Notes: generated by a model not told the origin, from the sequence alone. A stretch of 62,167 nucleotides of DNA from an uncultured Bacteroides sp. (GCA_964531245.1 CAZHDH010000001.1:1-62167), one strand, 5' to 3'. Shown: positions 31,423 to 41,854, counted from the first letter of the stretch. Translations and numbers: made by a program.

Positions 31423-32451
31423 ATGAGCGAACGCAAGACTTACATCTTAGGTATCGAATCGAGTTGCGATGATACCAGCGCGGCGGTGGTGGACGGCGAT
31501 GGCCTGCTGTTAAGCAACGTGATAGCATCGCAAAGCGTACACGAGGAATACGGCGGCGTGGTGCCCGAGCTGGCATCGCGCGCGCATCAGCAGAATATTG
31601 TGCCGGTGGTGCAGACAGCGCTGAGCCGCGCCGGAATCGACCGTACCGACCTGAGCGCGATAGCATTCACCCGCGGCCCGGGGCTGTTGGGGTCGCTGCT
31701 TGTGGGCACCAGTTTTGCCAAAGGTATGTCGCTGGGGCTGCCTATCCCCATCGTGGATGTCAACCACCTGCACGGCCACGTCCTGAGCCATTTTGTGCGT
31801 CGCAATCCCGACGACCGCGTACCCCAATTTCCCTACCTGTGCCTGCTGATTTCCGGCGGCAACAGCCAGATTGTGCTGGTCAAGGGTTATAACGATATGG
31901 AGATTTTAGGACGCACCATCGACGATGCAGCCGGCGAAGCCTTTGACAAATGCGCCAAAACCATGGGACTCCCCTACCCAGGCGGCCCGCACATCGACCG
32001 CCTGGCCGCCACGGGCAATCCCAAGGCATTCCGATTTTCAAAGCCCCACATTCCGGGGTTGGATTACAGCTTCAGCGGTCTTAAGACTTCATTCCTGTAC
32101 ACCCTGCGCGATGCACTGAAGGCCGACCCTGAATTTATCGAGAAAAACCGTGCTGATCTGGCCGCGTCGCTGCAAGCCACGATCATCGACATTCTGATTG
32201 ACAAACTGGCCAAAGCCGTGGATCTCACAGGTGTGAGGACTGTGGCCATCGGTGGCGGTGTGTCGGCCAACAGCGGTGTGCGCGCCGCCATATCCGATTT
32301 CTGCCGGCGCCGCGGCCTGGAGGCGTTCATCCCCGAACGCGCCTTCACAACCGACAACGCCGCCATGGTGGCTATTGCCGGATTGTTCAAATACCGCGAC
32401 CGCGATTTTTGCGCATACGACGAAACTCCTTATGCCCGCGTAACAATATGA
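31423..32451 (+). CDS. tsaD: tRNA N6-threonylcarbamoyltransferase TsaD
   Basis: ILGIESSCDDT, GGVVPELASRAH, HLHGH, DDAAGEAFDK and TDNAAM motifs. Confidence 0.97.
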   Translation: MSERKTYILGIESSCDDTSAAVVDGDGLLLSNVIASQSVHEEYGGVVPELASRAHQQNIVPVVQTALSRAGIDRTDLSAIAFTRGPGLLGSLLVGTSFAKGMSLGLPIPIVDVNHLHGHVLSHFVRRNPDDRVPQFPYLCLLISGGNSQIVLVKGYNDMEILGRTIDDAAGEAFDKCAKTMGLPYPGGPHIDRLAATGNPKAFRFSKPHIPGLDYSFSGLKTSFLYTLRDALKADPEFIEKNRADLAASLQATIIDILIDKLAKAVDLTGVRTVAIGGGVSANSGVRAAISDFCRRRGLEAFIPERAFTTDNAAMVAIAGLFKYRDRDFCAYDETPYARVTI

Positions 32452-33683
32452 GCAACGATATAAAAAAACTGGCCGTAGTGGTTATCGGCGATGAAATTTT
32501 GCTGGGGCAGGTGACCGACACCAATTCCGGAGCCATTGCCCGCGCTTTTGGCCCCGAGGGTTGGGTTATGACCCGCGTAATCACCGTAGGCGATGATGCC
32601 GACGCAATCCGCAAAGCCGTCGGCGATGCTCTTGAAGCTGCCGATTTGGTGGTGACCACCGGTGGACTCGGTCCCACCAAAGACGATATTACCCGCGGTG
32701 TGCTGATGGACATTTTCGGCGGCTCCCTGCGACACGACCCCGAAGTGGAGGCTAACATCCGCCGCGTATTCAGCCTGCGCGGACTTGACCTCAACCGCCT
32801 CACGGCCGCCCAAGCTATGGTGCCCGATTCATGCACCGTGATTCAGAACGCATACGGCACTGCGCCTATAATGTGGTGGGATTATGGCCATGAGGCATTA
32901 GTGGCAATGCCGGGGGTACCGTTTGAGACCGAAGGAATGCTTCCCGAGGTCGTGGCTCACGCCGCACGTAAGTATGCCCACGGCCAATGCGTGCTCCATC
33001 ACACGCTGATTGTGAGCGGAATAACCGAAAGTGCCCTGGCCGAAAGTCTTGACGACTACGAAGCCTCTCTGCCTGCCGATACTCACCTGGCCTATCTGCC
33101 CAACCCCGGCTACATCCGCCTGCGGCTTGACAGCACCGCCACGAGCCACGAATTTGAAGCAGCCGTTGACCGCCTGCGCTCCTCAGTCGCGTCCTATCTG
33201 GTGTATGACGGCGATGCATCCCCGGCTGCTATCCTGATTGAGAAATTGCGCTCGCGCGGTCTCACCGCCGCCACTGCCGAAAGCTGCACCGGGGGGAATA
33301 TCGCCCATAGTATCACTGCTGTTAGTGGCGCTTCGGATGTATATCCCGGCGGCGTGGTGAGCTATGCAAATGAGGTCAAGGCAGATGTATTAGGTGTTGA
33401 TATGGCCGACATCACAGCCCACGGAGCCGTGAGCCGCGAGGTAGTGGAACAAATGGCCGCAGGTGTGTGTCGCCTTACCGGTGCGCGATGCTCTATGGCC
33501 ACCAGCGGCATTGCCGGACCCGGCGGTGGATCGCCCGAAAAACCAGTTGGCACGGTGTGGATGGCATGGTGTGTCGACGGCTCTGTGACCTCGCGCCTGT
33601 TCCGCTTCCCGGGAAATCGCGACCGCGTGATTCATCGTGCCACTACCGAAGCCATCCTCGGCCTCGTTAAACTTCTGCAATAA
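32448..33683 (+). CDS. cinA: CinA family protein (MocF-like domain plus NMN deamidase)
   Basis: IGDEILLGQVTDTN, TTGGLGPTKDD, AESCTGG and SGIAGPGGG motifs; ATGA overlap with tsaD. Confidence 0.92.
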   Translation: MSNDIKKLAVVVIGDEILLGQVTDTNSGAIARAFGPEGWVMTRVITVGDDADAIRKAVGDALEAADLVVTTGGLGPTKDDITRGVLMDIFGGSLRHDPEVEANIRRVFSLRGLDLNRLTAAQAMVPDSCTVIQNAYGTAPIMWWDYGHEALVAMPGVPFETEGMLPEVVAHAARKYAHGQCVLHHTLIVSGITESALAESLDDYEASLPADTHLAYLPNPGYIRLRLDSTATSHEFEAAVDRLRSSVASYLVYDGDASPAAILIEKLRSRGLTAATAESCTGGNIAHSITAVSGASDVYPGGVVSYANEVKADVLGVDMADITAHGAVSREVVEQMAAGVCRLTGARCSMATSGIAGPGGGSPEKPVGTVWMAWCVDGSVTSRLFRFPGNRDRVIHRATTEAILGLVKLLQ

Positions 33684-33688
33684 GACAC

Positions 33689-34471
33689 ATGAACAAAATA
33701 CTTTCAAAAGAATATTTTTCAGAGCGCGTGGTGAAGCTCATCGTGGACGCGCCGCTCATCGCTCGCTCGCGCCGACCGGGACATTTCGTAATCGTGATTC
33801 CGGATGCACGTGGCGAACGCATACCCCTGACCATCGCCGATGCCGACACCGAGCGGGGCACCATCACCCTGGTGGTGCAAGCAGTGGGACACTCCACCCG
33901 CGAGATCTGCGCAATGGAGCCGGGGCAATTCCTGCACGACATAGTGGGACCGCTCGGTCAGGCCACGCATATTGAACACCGCGGCACAGTGGTGTGCAGC
34001 GGTGGCGGTGTGGGGGTAGCTCCCCTGCTGCCCATTGTGCGCGCCATGAAGGAGGCCGGCAACCGCGTGGTGTCTGTTCTGGCCGCACGCACCCGCGATC
34101 TCATCATTCTTGAAGAGGAAGTGGCCCGGTGGTCTGACGAGGTTATAATTATGACCGACGATGGTTCATACGGTCAGAAAGGCTTGGTGACTCAGGGTAT
34201 CGAGCAGGTGATATTGCGCGAGAAAGTGGACGAGGTGGTGACAATCGGTCCCGCAATCATGATGAAATTTGTAGCACAACTCACCCGCAAGTATGACATC
34301 CCCACCACCTGCTCGCTCAATACCATTATGGTCGACGGCACGGGAATGTGTGGCGCTTGTCGCATTACGGTAGACGGCAAGATGCGTTTCGTATGCGTCG
34401 ACGGCCCGGAATTCGATGCACACAAGGTGGATTTCGACGAGATGCTAATGCGTCTGAAAGGCTACAACTAA
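33689..34471 (+). CDS. Sulfide/dihydroorotate dehydrogenase-like FAD/NAD-binding [2Fe-2S] subunit (NfnA/SudB-like)
   Basis: ERIPLTIAD, GPLG, DGTGMCGACR and CVDGPEF motifs. Confidence 0.88.
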   Translation: MNKILSKEYFSERVVKLIVDAPLIARSRRPGHFVIVIPDARGERIPLTIADADTERGTITLVVQAVGHSTREICAMEPGQFLHDIVGPLGQATHIEHRGTVVCSGGGVGVAPLLPIVRAMKEAGNRVVSVLAARTRDLIILEEEVARWSDEVIIMTDDGSYGQKGLVTQGIEQVILREKVDEVVTIGPAIMMKFVAQLTRKYDIPTTCSLNTIMVDGTGMCGACRITVDGKMRFVCVDGPEFDAHKVDFDEMLMRLKGYN

Positions 34472-34501
34472 TGCCCCTATATATAATAATGTGTAACTGA
34501 T

Positions 34502-35968
34502 ATGGAAAACAACACATATACCGGCGGTCGCGATGCGCAATGGCGCGTGGAATTGCGCGAGGCTATCCCACCCAAGGAACGCACATCCATTCCGCGTGCC
34601 ACAATGCCGATGCTTCCGCCCGGGATACGAATACACTCCAATGAGGAAGTCAACGAGGGGCTTTCGGCCGGGCAAGCTGTCACCGAGGCCACACGCTGCC
34701 TCGACTGTGCCGATCCGCAGTGTGTCACAGGCTGTCCGGTGAATATCGACATCCCCGGCTTTATCAAGAATATACAACGCGAGCATTTTGCCGATGCAGC
34801 CGCCGTGCTCCGGGCCACCAGTGCGCTCCCGGCTGTGTGTGGCCGCGTGTGTCCGCAGGAACGCCAGTGCGAGAGCCGTTGCATTTATAATAAAATGAAG
34901 AAGGCTCCGGTGGCTATCGGTTGGCTCGAACGTTTCGCCGCCGACAACGCGCGCCTGAATCACGACATCCCGGCAGAACCCGAACTGGCACCCGCCGGCG
35001 CACGCATCGCCGTGGCCGGGTCGGGACCGTGCGGCCTGTCGTTTGCCGGCGAAATGGCACGTCTGGGTTATAAGGTCGATGTTTTCGAAGCCCTGCACGA
35101 GATTGGCGGGGTGCTCAAATATGGTATTCCCGAATTTCGCCTGCCCAACGCCGTGGTAGATGCCGAGCTTGATGCCCTGCGCAGCCTCGGTGTCGAATTT
35201 CACACCGATACGGTCATCGGCAAAACCCTGAGCTACGATGATATAATCAACCGCGGATATGCAGCACTGTTTGTAGCTTCAGGTGCCGGACTGCCCCGTT
35301 TTATGGGTATTCCGGGCGAGAACTTCAACGGTGTGCTTTCAAGCAACGAATACCTCACCCGCATCAATCTGATGCACGCCGGACAACCCGGCTGGGCCAC
35401 TCCGGTGCCGCAAGGTGCACGCGTGGCTGTAATCGGCGGTGGCAATACCGCGATGGATTCGGTTCGCACGGCCCTGCGCATGGGCGCACAGGAGGCTATG
35501 TTGGTGTACCGCCGCACCGAGGCCGAAATGCCTGCCCGCCGCGAGGAAATCGAGCATGCCAAGGAGGAAGGCGTTAAATTCCTGACCCTCTGCAACCCGG
35601 TGGAATACCTGGCCGACGAAAACGGACGCGTGCGCGCCATGCGCCTGCAACGTATGGAGCTGGGCGAGCCCGATGCCGATGGTCGCCGCAGCCCCGTGCC
35701 GGTGGAAGGTGCCATCGACGAAGTGCCGGTGGATGTAGTGGTGGTGAGCGTGGGCGTATCTCCCAACCCGCTCATTCCCTCGAACATCGACGGTCTGGAA
35801 GTGACGCGCCGCGGCACAATCGCCGTGAACGATGATTTGCAAAGCTCGCTACCGATGATTTTTGCAGGTGGCGACATTGTGCGCGGCGGTGCCACTGTCA
35901 TCCTGGCAATGGGTGATGGCCGGCGTGCCGCTCATTGTATGCATAAATTTTTAAGTAACTCGAAATAA
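34502..35968 (+). CDS. NfnB/SudA-like Fe-S flavoprotein (often annotated NADPH-dependent glutamate synthase small chain)
   Basis: RCLDC...CVTGCPV and CGRVCPQERQCE cluster motifs; YGIPEFRLP; GGGNTAMD; AGGDIVRG. Confidence 0.88.
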   Translation: MENNTYTGGRDAQWRVELREAIPPKERTSIPRATMPMLPPGIRIHSNEEVNEGLSAGQAVTEATRCLDCADPQCVTGCPVNIDIPGFIKNIQREHFADAAAVLRATSALPAVCGRVCPQERQCESRCIYNKMKKAPVAIGWLERFAADNARLNHDIPAEPELAPAGARIAVAGSGPCGLSFAGEMARLGYKVDVFEALHEIGGVLKYGIPEFRLPNAVVDAELDALRSLGVEFHTDTVIGKTLSYDDIINRGYAALFVASGAGLPRFMGIPGENFNGVLSSNEYLTRINLMHAGQPGWATPVPQGARVAVIGGGNTAMDSVRTALRMGAQEAMLVYRRTEAEMPARREEIEHAKEEGVKFLTLCNPVEYLADENGRVRAMRLQRMELGEPDADGRRSPVPVEGAIDEVPVDVVVVSVGVSPNPLIPSNIDGLEVTRRGTIAVNDDLQSSLPMIFAGGDIVRGGATVILAMGDGRRAAHCMHKFLSNSK

Positions 35969-35979
35969 ATCCAATCATT

Positions 35980-38900
35980 ATGAAAAAACATATACTTGCT
36001 GCCGCGATGCTGTTAGGAGCTGTGGCTCCGGCTTTTGCTGCCACTCCGCTGTGGATGCGCGATGTGGCGCTGTCGCCCGACGGCTCGCGCCTGGCATTCT
36101 GCTACAAAGGCGATATTTTCACAGTGCCGGTATCAGGCGGTATGGCCACACGCCTCACCTCCACCCCCGATTATGAACAACGCCCCGTGTGGAGTCCTGA
36201 CGGCAAGCAGATTGCCTTTGCCTCAGATAAAAACGGCAACTTTGACATCTATATCGTGGAGGCACGCGGCGGCCTTCCCACACGCCTCACATATAATTCC
36301 GCAGCCGAGCTCCCCGAGGGATTCACTGCCGACGGATCCGCCGTGCTTTACTCCGCCGCGATTCAGGCACCGGCATCCAGCGCGGCCTATCCCGTAGGAC
36401 GCCTCACGCAGCTATGGCAGATCGGCACCGACGGCGGCGCTCCCACACAGGTGCTGGGCACCCCGGCGCGTTTCATAAGCCATCTGCCCGGCGATAAGGG
36501 TATGCTATACCAGGATGTCAAGGGATATGAGGACGAATGGCGCAAGCACCACACTTCATCTGTGACACGCGATATTTGGCTGCTGGATAAGGACGGCAAT
36601 CATAAAAATCTGACTCACCGCGGTGGTGAAAACCTAAATCCGGTGGCGGGCAGCGATGGTGATACGTTCTATTTCCTGAGCGAGCGCGACGGTGGTTCGA
36701 TGAATGTATATAAATCATCGGTAAGCAATCCTGAACAGGTTGTGGCAGTCACAGATTTCAAAACCCACCCGGTGCGTTTCCTGAGTCGGGGTGCCGACGG
36801 CACTTTGGCTTTCACCTACGACGGCGACATCTACACGATGCGCGACGGCGGTGCTCCCGTCAAGGTTGACATCGCTGTGGTGGACGATTACCAGCCCGAT
36901 GTTGAAAAATTCAGTGTACGCAGCGGTGCGAGCGAAGCCGTGGCATCGCCCGACGGCAATAGCGTGGCTCTGGTATGGCGTGGCAATGTGTTCGTGACCT
37001 CAACCGATTACTCCACCACCCGCCAAATCACAGATACGCCTGAAGCCGAGCGGCAGGTGACTTGGGCACCCGACGGTAAAGCCCTATATTATACCTCGGA
37101 ACGCGACGGCAAATTCAATATCTATAAAGCCACTATGGGTCGCGCCGATAGCGAACCCGACTTTGCTCACGCCACCACTATTGTAGAGGAAGCCGTATTT
37201 GAAAACGACGGACACGAACGCACATATCCCCGGCTCAGCCCCGACGGAAAGTCGCTGGCATTCATCCTTGACCGCAATAAACTGACCGTGCGCGATATGG
37301 CCACAGGTAAGGTTAAGGAACTTACCGACGGCTCCACTTACCGACACCGCGACGGCGGCTTCTACTATACCTGGAGCCCCGATTCACGCTGGATTGCACT
37401 CGAAATCATCGACCGCAAGCACGATCCTTATTCCGATGTGGCTATCATCGATCCTGTAAGCGGTGAGCTTACTAATCTCACCAATTCGGGTTATTTCGAC
37501 CAGACTCCCGTGTGGGTTATGGACGGCAACGCTCTGATGTTCCTGAGCGAACGATATGGTATGCGCAACCATGCCTCGTGGGGGTCGCAATACGACGTTA
37601 TGCTGGCATTCATGAACCAGGATGCCCTCGACCGCTGGAACTTGAGCGAGGAGGACCTCGCCCTGCTCGAAGATGCCGAGAAAAAGGATGATAAAAAGGA
37701 CGATAAAGATTCAAAGTCCAAGGATGTAGAAGTAGACCTCAGCCGTATCACCGACCGCATCGTGCGCGTCACACCGCAATCGGCCTTCCTTGAAGATGCC
37801 GCCATGACCGCCGACGGCTCCACCCTCTATTACCTGAGCGAAGCACCCGACGGTGGCAGCCAGCTCTGGAAATTCTCGCCACGCGAGGAGGAACACCGCC
37901 TGGTGACTACCCTGAGCGGTGCGCGCGGTTTTGATGTGACACCCGACGGCAAGAATATTTTCATTATGGGTTCTACTCCCCGCCAGCTCAATACCAAGAC
38001 CGACAAACTCACCCCCGTCAGCTATTCGGTAAATACCTCCATCAATCACGATGCCGAGCGTGAATATATGTACGACTATATGACCCGCGAGGTGGCCGAA
38101 CGTTTCTATGTAGCTGATATGAACGGTGTCGACTGGCCCGGACTCACCACTGCCTACCGTCGTTTCCTGCCCCATATCAATAATAATTATGATTTTGCCG
38201 AACTGCTCAGCGAGCTGCTTGGCGAACTGAACGTGAGCCATACCGGTGGACGATTCAGCGGTTATAACGCAGATATGCCAGACCGCACCGCTTCGCTCGG
38301 TCTGCTCTTTGACGTAGCCGATAACGGCCAAGGTGGGATGCTGATCAGCGAGGTAATCGCGGGCGGTCCGCTCGACAAGGCAAGCTCCAAAGTGCGCCCC
38401 GGTATGCGTCTTACTCATATCAACGGCACTCCCCTCACTCCTGATACCGACCTTTCAAAGCTCCTGACCGACCAGGCCGGCCGTCGCACACTCATCACCC
38501 TGAGCGACAACGGTTCTTCATTCGACGAGGTTGTAAAACCCGTATCTACCGGCTATGTATCACAGCTGATGTACGACCGCTGGGTGAAACAGCGCGCCGC
38601 CGATGTCGATCGCCTTTCGGGTGGACGTCTGGGATATGTGCATATCGAAAGCATGGCCGATGATTCGTTCCGCAAGGTTTACTCCGACCTGCTCGGCAAA
38701 TACAACGACCGCGAAGGCGTAATCATCGACATTCGTTGGAATTCCGGCGGACGCATGCACGAAGACATCGAAGTGCTTTTCTCCGGTCAGAAATATTTCA
38801 CTCAGGAAATCCGCGGCGAGGAAACCTGCGATATGCCCTCGCGCCGCTGGAACAAACCCTCGGTGATGCTAATTGACGAAGCCTGCTATTCCAACGCCCA

Positions 38901-39189
38901 CGGCACCCCCTGGGTTTACAAACATCAGGGCCTGGGCCAGCTCGTGGGTATGCCCGTGCCCGGCACAATGACCTCAGTCAACTGGGTGCGAATGGTCGAC
39001 CCCGCTATGGTATTCGGCATACCCGTCATAGGCTATCGCCTGGCCGACGGCTCGTTCCTCGAAAACCAGCAGCTCGAACCCGACGTAAAGGTAGCCAATG
39101 ACCCCGCAGCTCTCACCGCCGGCGAGGACGCACAGCTCCGCACAGCCGTCGAAACCCTCCTGCGCCAAATAGACCAGGCCAAGAAATAA
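35980..39189 (+). CDS. Tricorn-like S41 family peptidase
   Basis: Signal peptide; repeated WSPDG propeller blades; GELNVSH; PDZ-like region; IIDIRWNSGG; CYSNAH. Confidence 0.92.
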   Translation: MKKHILAAAMLLGAVAPAFAATPLWMRDVALSPDGSRLAFCYKGDIFTVPVSGGMATRLTSTPDYEQRPVWSPDGKQIAFASDKNGNFDIYIVEARGGLPTRLTYNSAAELPEGFTADGSAVLYSAAIQAPASSAAYPVGRLTQLWQIGTDGGAPTQVLGTPARFISHLPGDKGMLYQDVKGYEDEWRKHHTSSVTRDIWLLDKDGNHKNLTHRGGENLNPVAGSDGDTFYFLSERDGGSMNVYKSSVSNPEQVVAVTDFKTHPVRFLSRGADGTLAFTYDGDIYTMRDGGAPVKVDIAVVDDYQPDVEKFSVRSGASEAVASPDGNSVALVWRGNVFVTSTDYSTTRQITDTPEAERQVTWAPDGKALYYTSERDGKFNIYKATMGRADSEPDFAHATTIVEEAVFENDGHERTYPRLSPDGKSLAFILDRNKLTVRDMATGKVKELTDGSTYRHRDGGFYYTWSPDSRWIALEIIDRKHDPYSDVAIIDPVSGELTNLTNSGYFDQTPVWVMDGNALMFLSERYGMRNHASWGSQYDVMLAFMNQDALDRWNLSEEDLALLEDAEKKDDKKDDKDSKSKDVEVDLSRITDRIVRVTPQSAFLEDAAMTADGSTLYYLSEAPDGGSQLWKFSPREEEHRLVTTLSGARGFDVTPDGKNIFIMGSTPRQLNTKTDKLTPVSYSVNTSINHDAEREYMYDYMTREVAERFYVADMNGVDWPGLTTAYRRFLPHINNNYDFAELLSELLGELNVSHTGGRFSGYNADMPDRTASLGLLFDVADNGQGGMLISEVIAGGPLDKASSKVRPGMRLTHINGTPLTPDTDLSKLLTDQAGRRTLITLSDNGSSFDEVVKPVSTGYVSQLMYDRWVKQRAADVDRLSGGRLGYVHIESMADDSFRKVYSDLLGKYNDREGVIIDIRWNSGGRMHEDIEVLFSGQKYFTQEIRGEETCDMPSRRWNKPSVMLIDEACYSNAHGTPWVYKHQGLGQLVGMPVPGTMTSVNWVRMVDPAMVFGIPVIGYRLADGSFLENQQLEPDVKVANDPAALTAGEDAQLRTAVETLLRQIDQAKK

Positions 39190-39212
39190 TCCCTCCCCGA
39201 TACACACGCCGT

Positions 39213-39246
39213 CAGCGGGCACTTTCAACATTGAGAGTGCCCGCTG
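39213..39246 (+). terminator. Hairpin after the S41 peptidase gene
   Basis: cagcgggcactttcaa / ttgagagtgcccgctg inverted repeat. Confidence 0.6.
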
Positions 39247-39315
39247 CAATGTTCAGAACAAGCCAACATCAAGCCCGGAGTAAACATTTTTCTTGCACGG
39301 TTGTATAATAATTGC

Positions 39316-39323
39316 TAACTTTG
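39316..39323 (+). promoter_or_regulatory. -7 promoter element for rpoD
   Basis: TAACTTTG with CTTG 20 bp upstream. Confidence 0.7.
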
Positions 39324-39351
39324 TACGTTTTATACGGTATATATAAGAGAC

Positions 39352-40212
39352 ATGAGACAACTAAAGATTACCAAATCAATCACCAACCGCGAGAGCGCGT
39401 CGCTTGACAAATACCTGCAGGAGATTGGTCGTGAGGACCTTATCTCTGTTGAGGAAGAAGTTGAACTGGCGCAGCGCATCAAGCAGGGTGACCAAGCCGC
39501 TCTTGACAAATTGACCCGTGCCAACCTCCGCTTCGTGGTTTCGGTGGCCAAGCAGTATCAGAACCAAGGTCTGACGCTGCCCGACCTGATCAACGAAGGA
39601 AATGTAGGCCTCATTAAGGCTGCACGCAAATTCGACGAAACTCGCGGCTTCAAATTTATCTCTTACGCCGTGTGGTGGATTCGCCAGTCGATCCTCCAGG
39701 CCCTGGCCGAGCAGAGCCGTATCGTACGTCTGCCTCTTAATCAGGTAGGTTCTCTTAACAAAATCAGCAAAGCCCTCTCTAAATTCGAGCAGGAAAACGA
39801 ACGCCGTCCCTCGGCCGAGGAACTGGCCGAAACCCTTGACGTTCCTGTTGAGAAGATTGCTGATACAATGAAGGTGTCGGGCCGACACATTTCTGTCGAT
39901 GCCCCCTTTGTTGAAGGCGAGGACAACAGCCTGCTCGATGTGCTTACCAACGACGATTCTCCTATGGCCGATGCCTCTCTGAATCAGGAATCGCTCTCTA
40001 ACGAAGTGGAACGCGCTCTGCGTCAGCTTCACGAACGCGAACGCGAAATCCTGAAAATGTTCTTCGGTATCGGTTGTCAGGAAATGACTCTCGAAGAAAT
40101 CGGTGCTAAATTTGAACTGACCCGCGAACGTGTGCGTCAGATCAAGGAAAAAGCTATCCGGAAGCTTAAAGGCAACAAGAGTCGCCTGCTCAAATCTTAC
40201 CTCGGCCAATAA
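39352..40212 (+). CDS. rpoD: Primary RNA polymerase sigma factor (Bacteroidetes type, no region 1.1)
   Basis: [38 protein letters not shown] and [12 protein letters not shown] motifs. Confidence 0.96.
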   Translation: MRQLKITKSITNRESASLDKYLQEIGREDLISVEEEVELAQRIKQGDQAALDKLTRANLRFVVSVAKQYQNQGLTLPDLINEGNVGLIKAARKFDETRGFKFISYAVWWIRQSILQALAEQSRIVRLPLNQVGSLNKISKALSKFEQENERRPSAEELAETLDVPVEKIADTMKVSGRHISVDAPFVEGEDNSLLDVLTNDDSPMADASLNQESLSNEVERALRQLHEREREILKMFFGIGCQEMTLEEIGAKFELTRERVRQIKEKAIRKLKGNKSRLLKSYLGQ

Positions 40213-40232
40213 ACCATCACTCGACAATGTTG

Positions 40233-40278
40233 ACGCGGGTGTGTCGGAATCAAATCTGACACACCCGCGTATTTTTTT
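40233..40278 (+). terminator. Intrinsic terminator of rpoD
   Basis: acgcgggtgtgtc / gacacacccgcgt stem followed by T7. Confidence 0.85.
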
Positions 40279-40299
40279 GCATTCTTTAGCAAAAGGCAA

Positions 40300-41586
40300 T
40301 TACCGTTCGCTGCAATTTTTCAGAAAATTCAGCAGCGCGTTGCGTTCCGCTTCGGCCTGCTCGGTGAGCAGGAAGTGCCCGGCCAGCGGTGCGGTGTATA
40401 GGGTCTTGGGGGCGGTGATGCTGTTGTACACCCCGTAGGTAGTAGTTGGCGCACAAGTCAGATCGTTGAATCCAAATGCGTAATAGCCCGGCACGGTCAG
40501 GTTTCGTGCGAAATTCACTGTGTCGTAATAGCTCAGGTTTTCGAGCAGCCGAGGTGTGCGGTTGCTTTCGTTTTTGAAAATGTGAGGCCACCCTCCGGCA
40601 CGCCCCGAGGCGTAACCCGTCAGGTCACTCATTGCCGGGAAATTGGCCACGACAAACTTTACCGACGGGTGCAATGCTCCGACAACGATGGAAAGGAAAC
40701 CTCCCTGACTGCCACCGTATGTGGCCACACATCCATTAAATTGCGGTAAGGCCTCTATGAAATCCACGGCACGCACAGCACCGCGAATCACCCGGTTGTA
40801 GTAATAATCATCGCGACGCTCCATATTCATCGTGGGATAAGACGCTAAGGGGCCGCCTTCCAGGTCGCGATAAAGCGCGGCATCAAGATTGTTTGGAATC
40901 CCGTGTATGCCCACAGCCATAGCTATCACACCCTTTTCGGCAAACGCCACCGGTGCATCTATGGCATATACACCGGCCCCGGGATATTGCACTATGGCCG
41001 GAAACGGCCCGTCGCCTTTTGGCATTGCCAACATTCCATAGAAACGCGCAGCACGCCCGCCGGCCAGGAAGCTCACCTGATACACATCCACCGTCGGAGT
41101 GCATTTATAGGCCAGCAGAGTCATTTCGAGCTTTAGCTCTTCGCCGCGACATTTTTCAATTACTCCGCTCCAATATTCCATGAAATCGTCAGGGCACGAC
41201 ACCGTGGGTCGGATTTCCTCGGGCGAAAATCCGATGGTTCCCATCGCCGAATAGTTGCGACCATTCACCTCACATTGAGCCTTACAGCGCAAAAATCCGG
41301 GTTCGAGCATTGTCCCACCCTTTACGGTAGCCACACCATTCCTCACTTTCACTTTGCCATTGAAAGCAGGCACCATCAGATCCGGACCAATCTCGTATGT
41401 AACCTCGACACCATCAAGCCCCACATTGCTTTCGGTCAGCAAAATTGTAAAAGAAACGTCATCTCCGACAGTCGCGGTCCATCCACCATTGCCGGGTGCC
41501 ACACGCAGCTCCACGACATCTGTCGCACGCCCGGCATTGCAGCACAGCGTCGCCAGTAAGAATCCCAGAAATAATAATCGTCTCAT
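40300..41586 (-). CDS. Acetylxylan esterase / cephalosporin-C deacetylase (CE7-like), secreted
   Basis: PDDFMEYW, GGSQGG nucleophile elbow, YYDTVNFA and GH motifs; signal peptide from ATG 41586. Confidence 0.85.
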   Translation of the reverse strand: MRRLLFLGFLLATLCCNAGRATDVVELRVAPGNGGWTATVGDDVSFTILLTESNVGLDGVEVTYEIGPDLMVPAFNGKVKVRNGVATVKGGTMLEPGFLRCKAQCEVNGRNYSAMGTIGFSPEEIRPTVSCPDDFMEYWSGVIEKCRGEELKLEMTLLAYKCTPTVDVYQVSFLAGGRAARFYGMLAMPKGDGPFPAIVQYPGAGVYAIDAPVAFAEKGVIAMAVGIHGIPNNLDAALYRDLEGGPLASYPTMNMERRDDYYYNRVIRGAVRAVDFIEALPQFNGCVATYGGSQGGFLSIVVGALHPSVKFVVANFPAMSDLTGYASGRAGGWPHIFKNESNRTPRLLENLSYYDTVNFARNLTVPGYYAFGFNDLTCAPTTTYGVYNSITAPKTLYTAPLAGHFLLTEQAEAERNALLNFLKNCSER

Positions 41587-41602
41587 TAAATTCCTAATAA
41601 TT

Positions 41603-41642
41603 AAAATGTAAGGCGCTGTACCAATTCTGACACAGCGCCTTA
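41603..41642 (-). terminator. Probable terminator of the rubrerythrin transcript
   Basis: taaggcgctgt / acagcgcctta stem followed by cattttaa on the minus strand. Confidence 0.6.
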
Positions 41643-41647
41643 TTTTA

Positions 41648-41843
41648 TAAGTAACTCTCAAAAATTAGTTTATACTATGGGATATTTTTTAAACCCTGCG
41701 GGCCGATATATCCTTGCTTGTCTTGACGCGCCTTTTGTCCTTTTCGCTCAGTCACGTAGCTCGCTACGCTCCTTTGCTCAAAGGACAAAATGCATCGTCA
41801 ATCCTTCGCAAATCTATATCGTCTAATTTTTAAGAGTTACTTA
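41648..41843. mobile_element. MITE-like palindromic element, copy 1 (196 bp)
   Basis: 21-bp terminal inverted repeats TAAGTAACTCT(C/T)AAAAATTAG; internal long imperfect hairpin; near-identical inverted copy at 59942-60139. Confidence 0.8.
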
Positions 41844-41854
41844 TCGTTTTCAAA

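Noticed and set aside
30933..31436. 167-aa antisense ORF mirroring the small OMP gene
   Set aside because: Same length as the sense ORF by coincidence; only the sense product has a signal peptide and barrel signature
39376..40299. 307-aa antisense ORF over rpoD
   Set aside because: Shadow frame opposite a highly conserved gene with biased codon usage; no recognisable motifs
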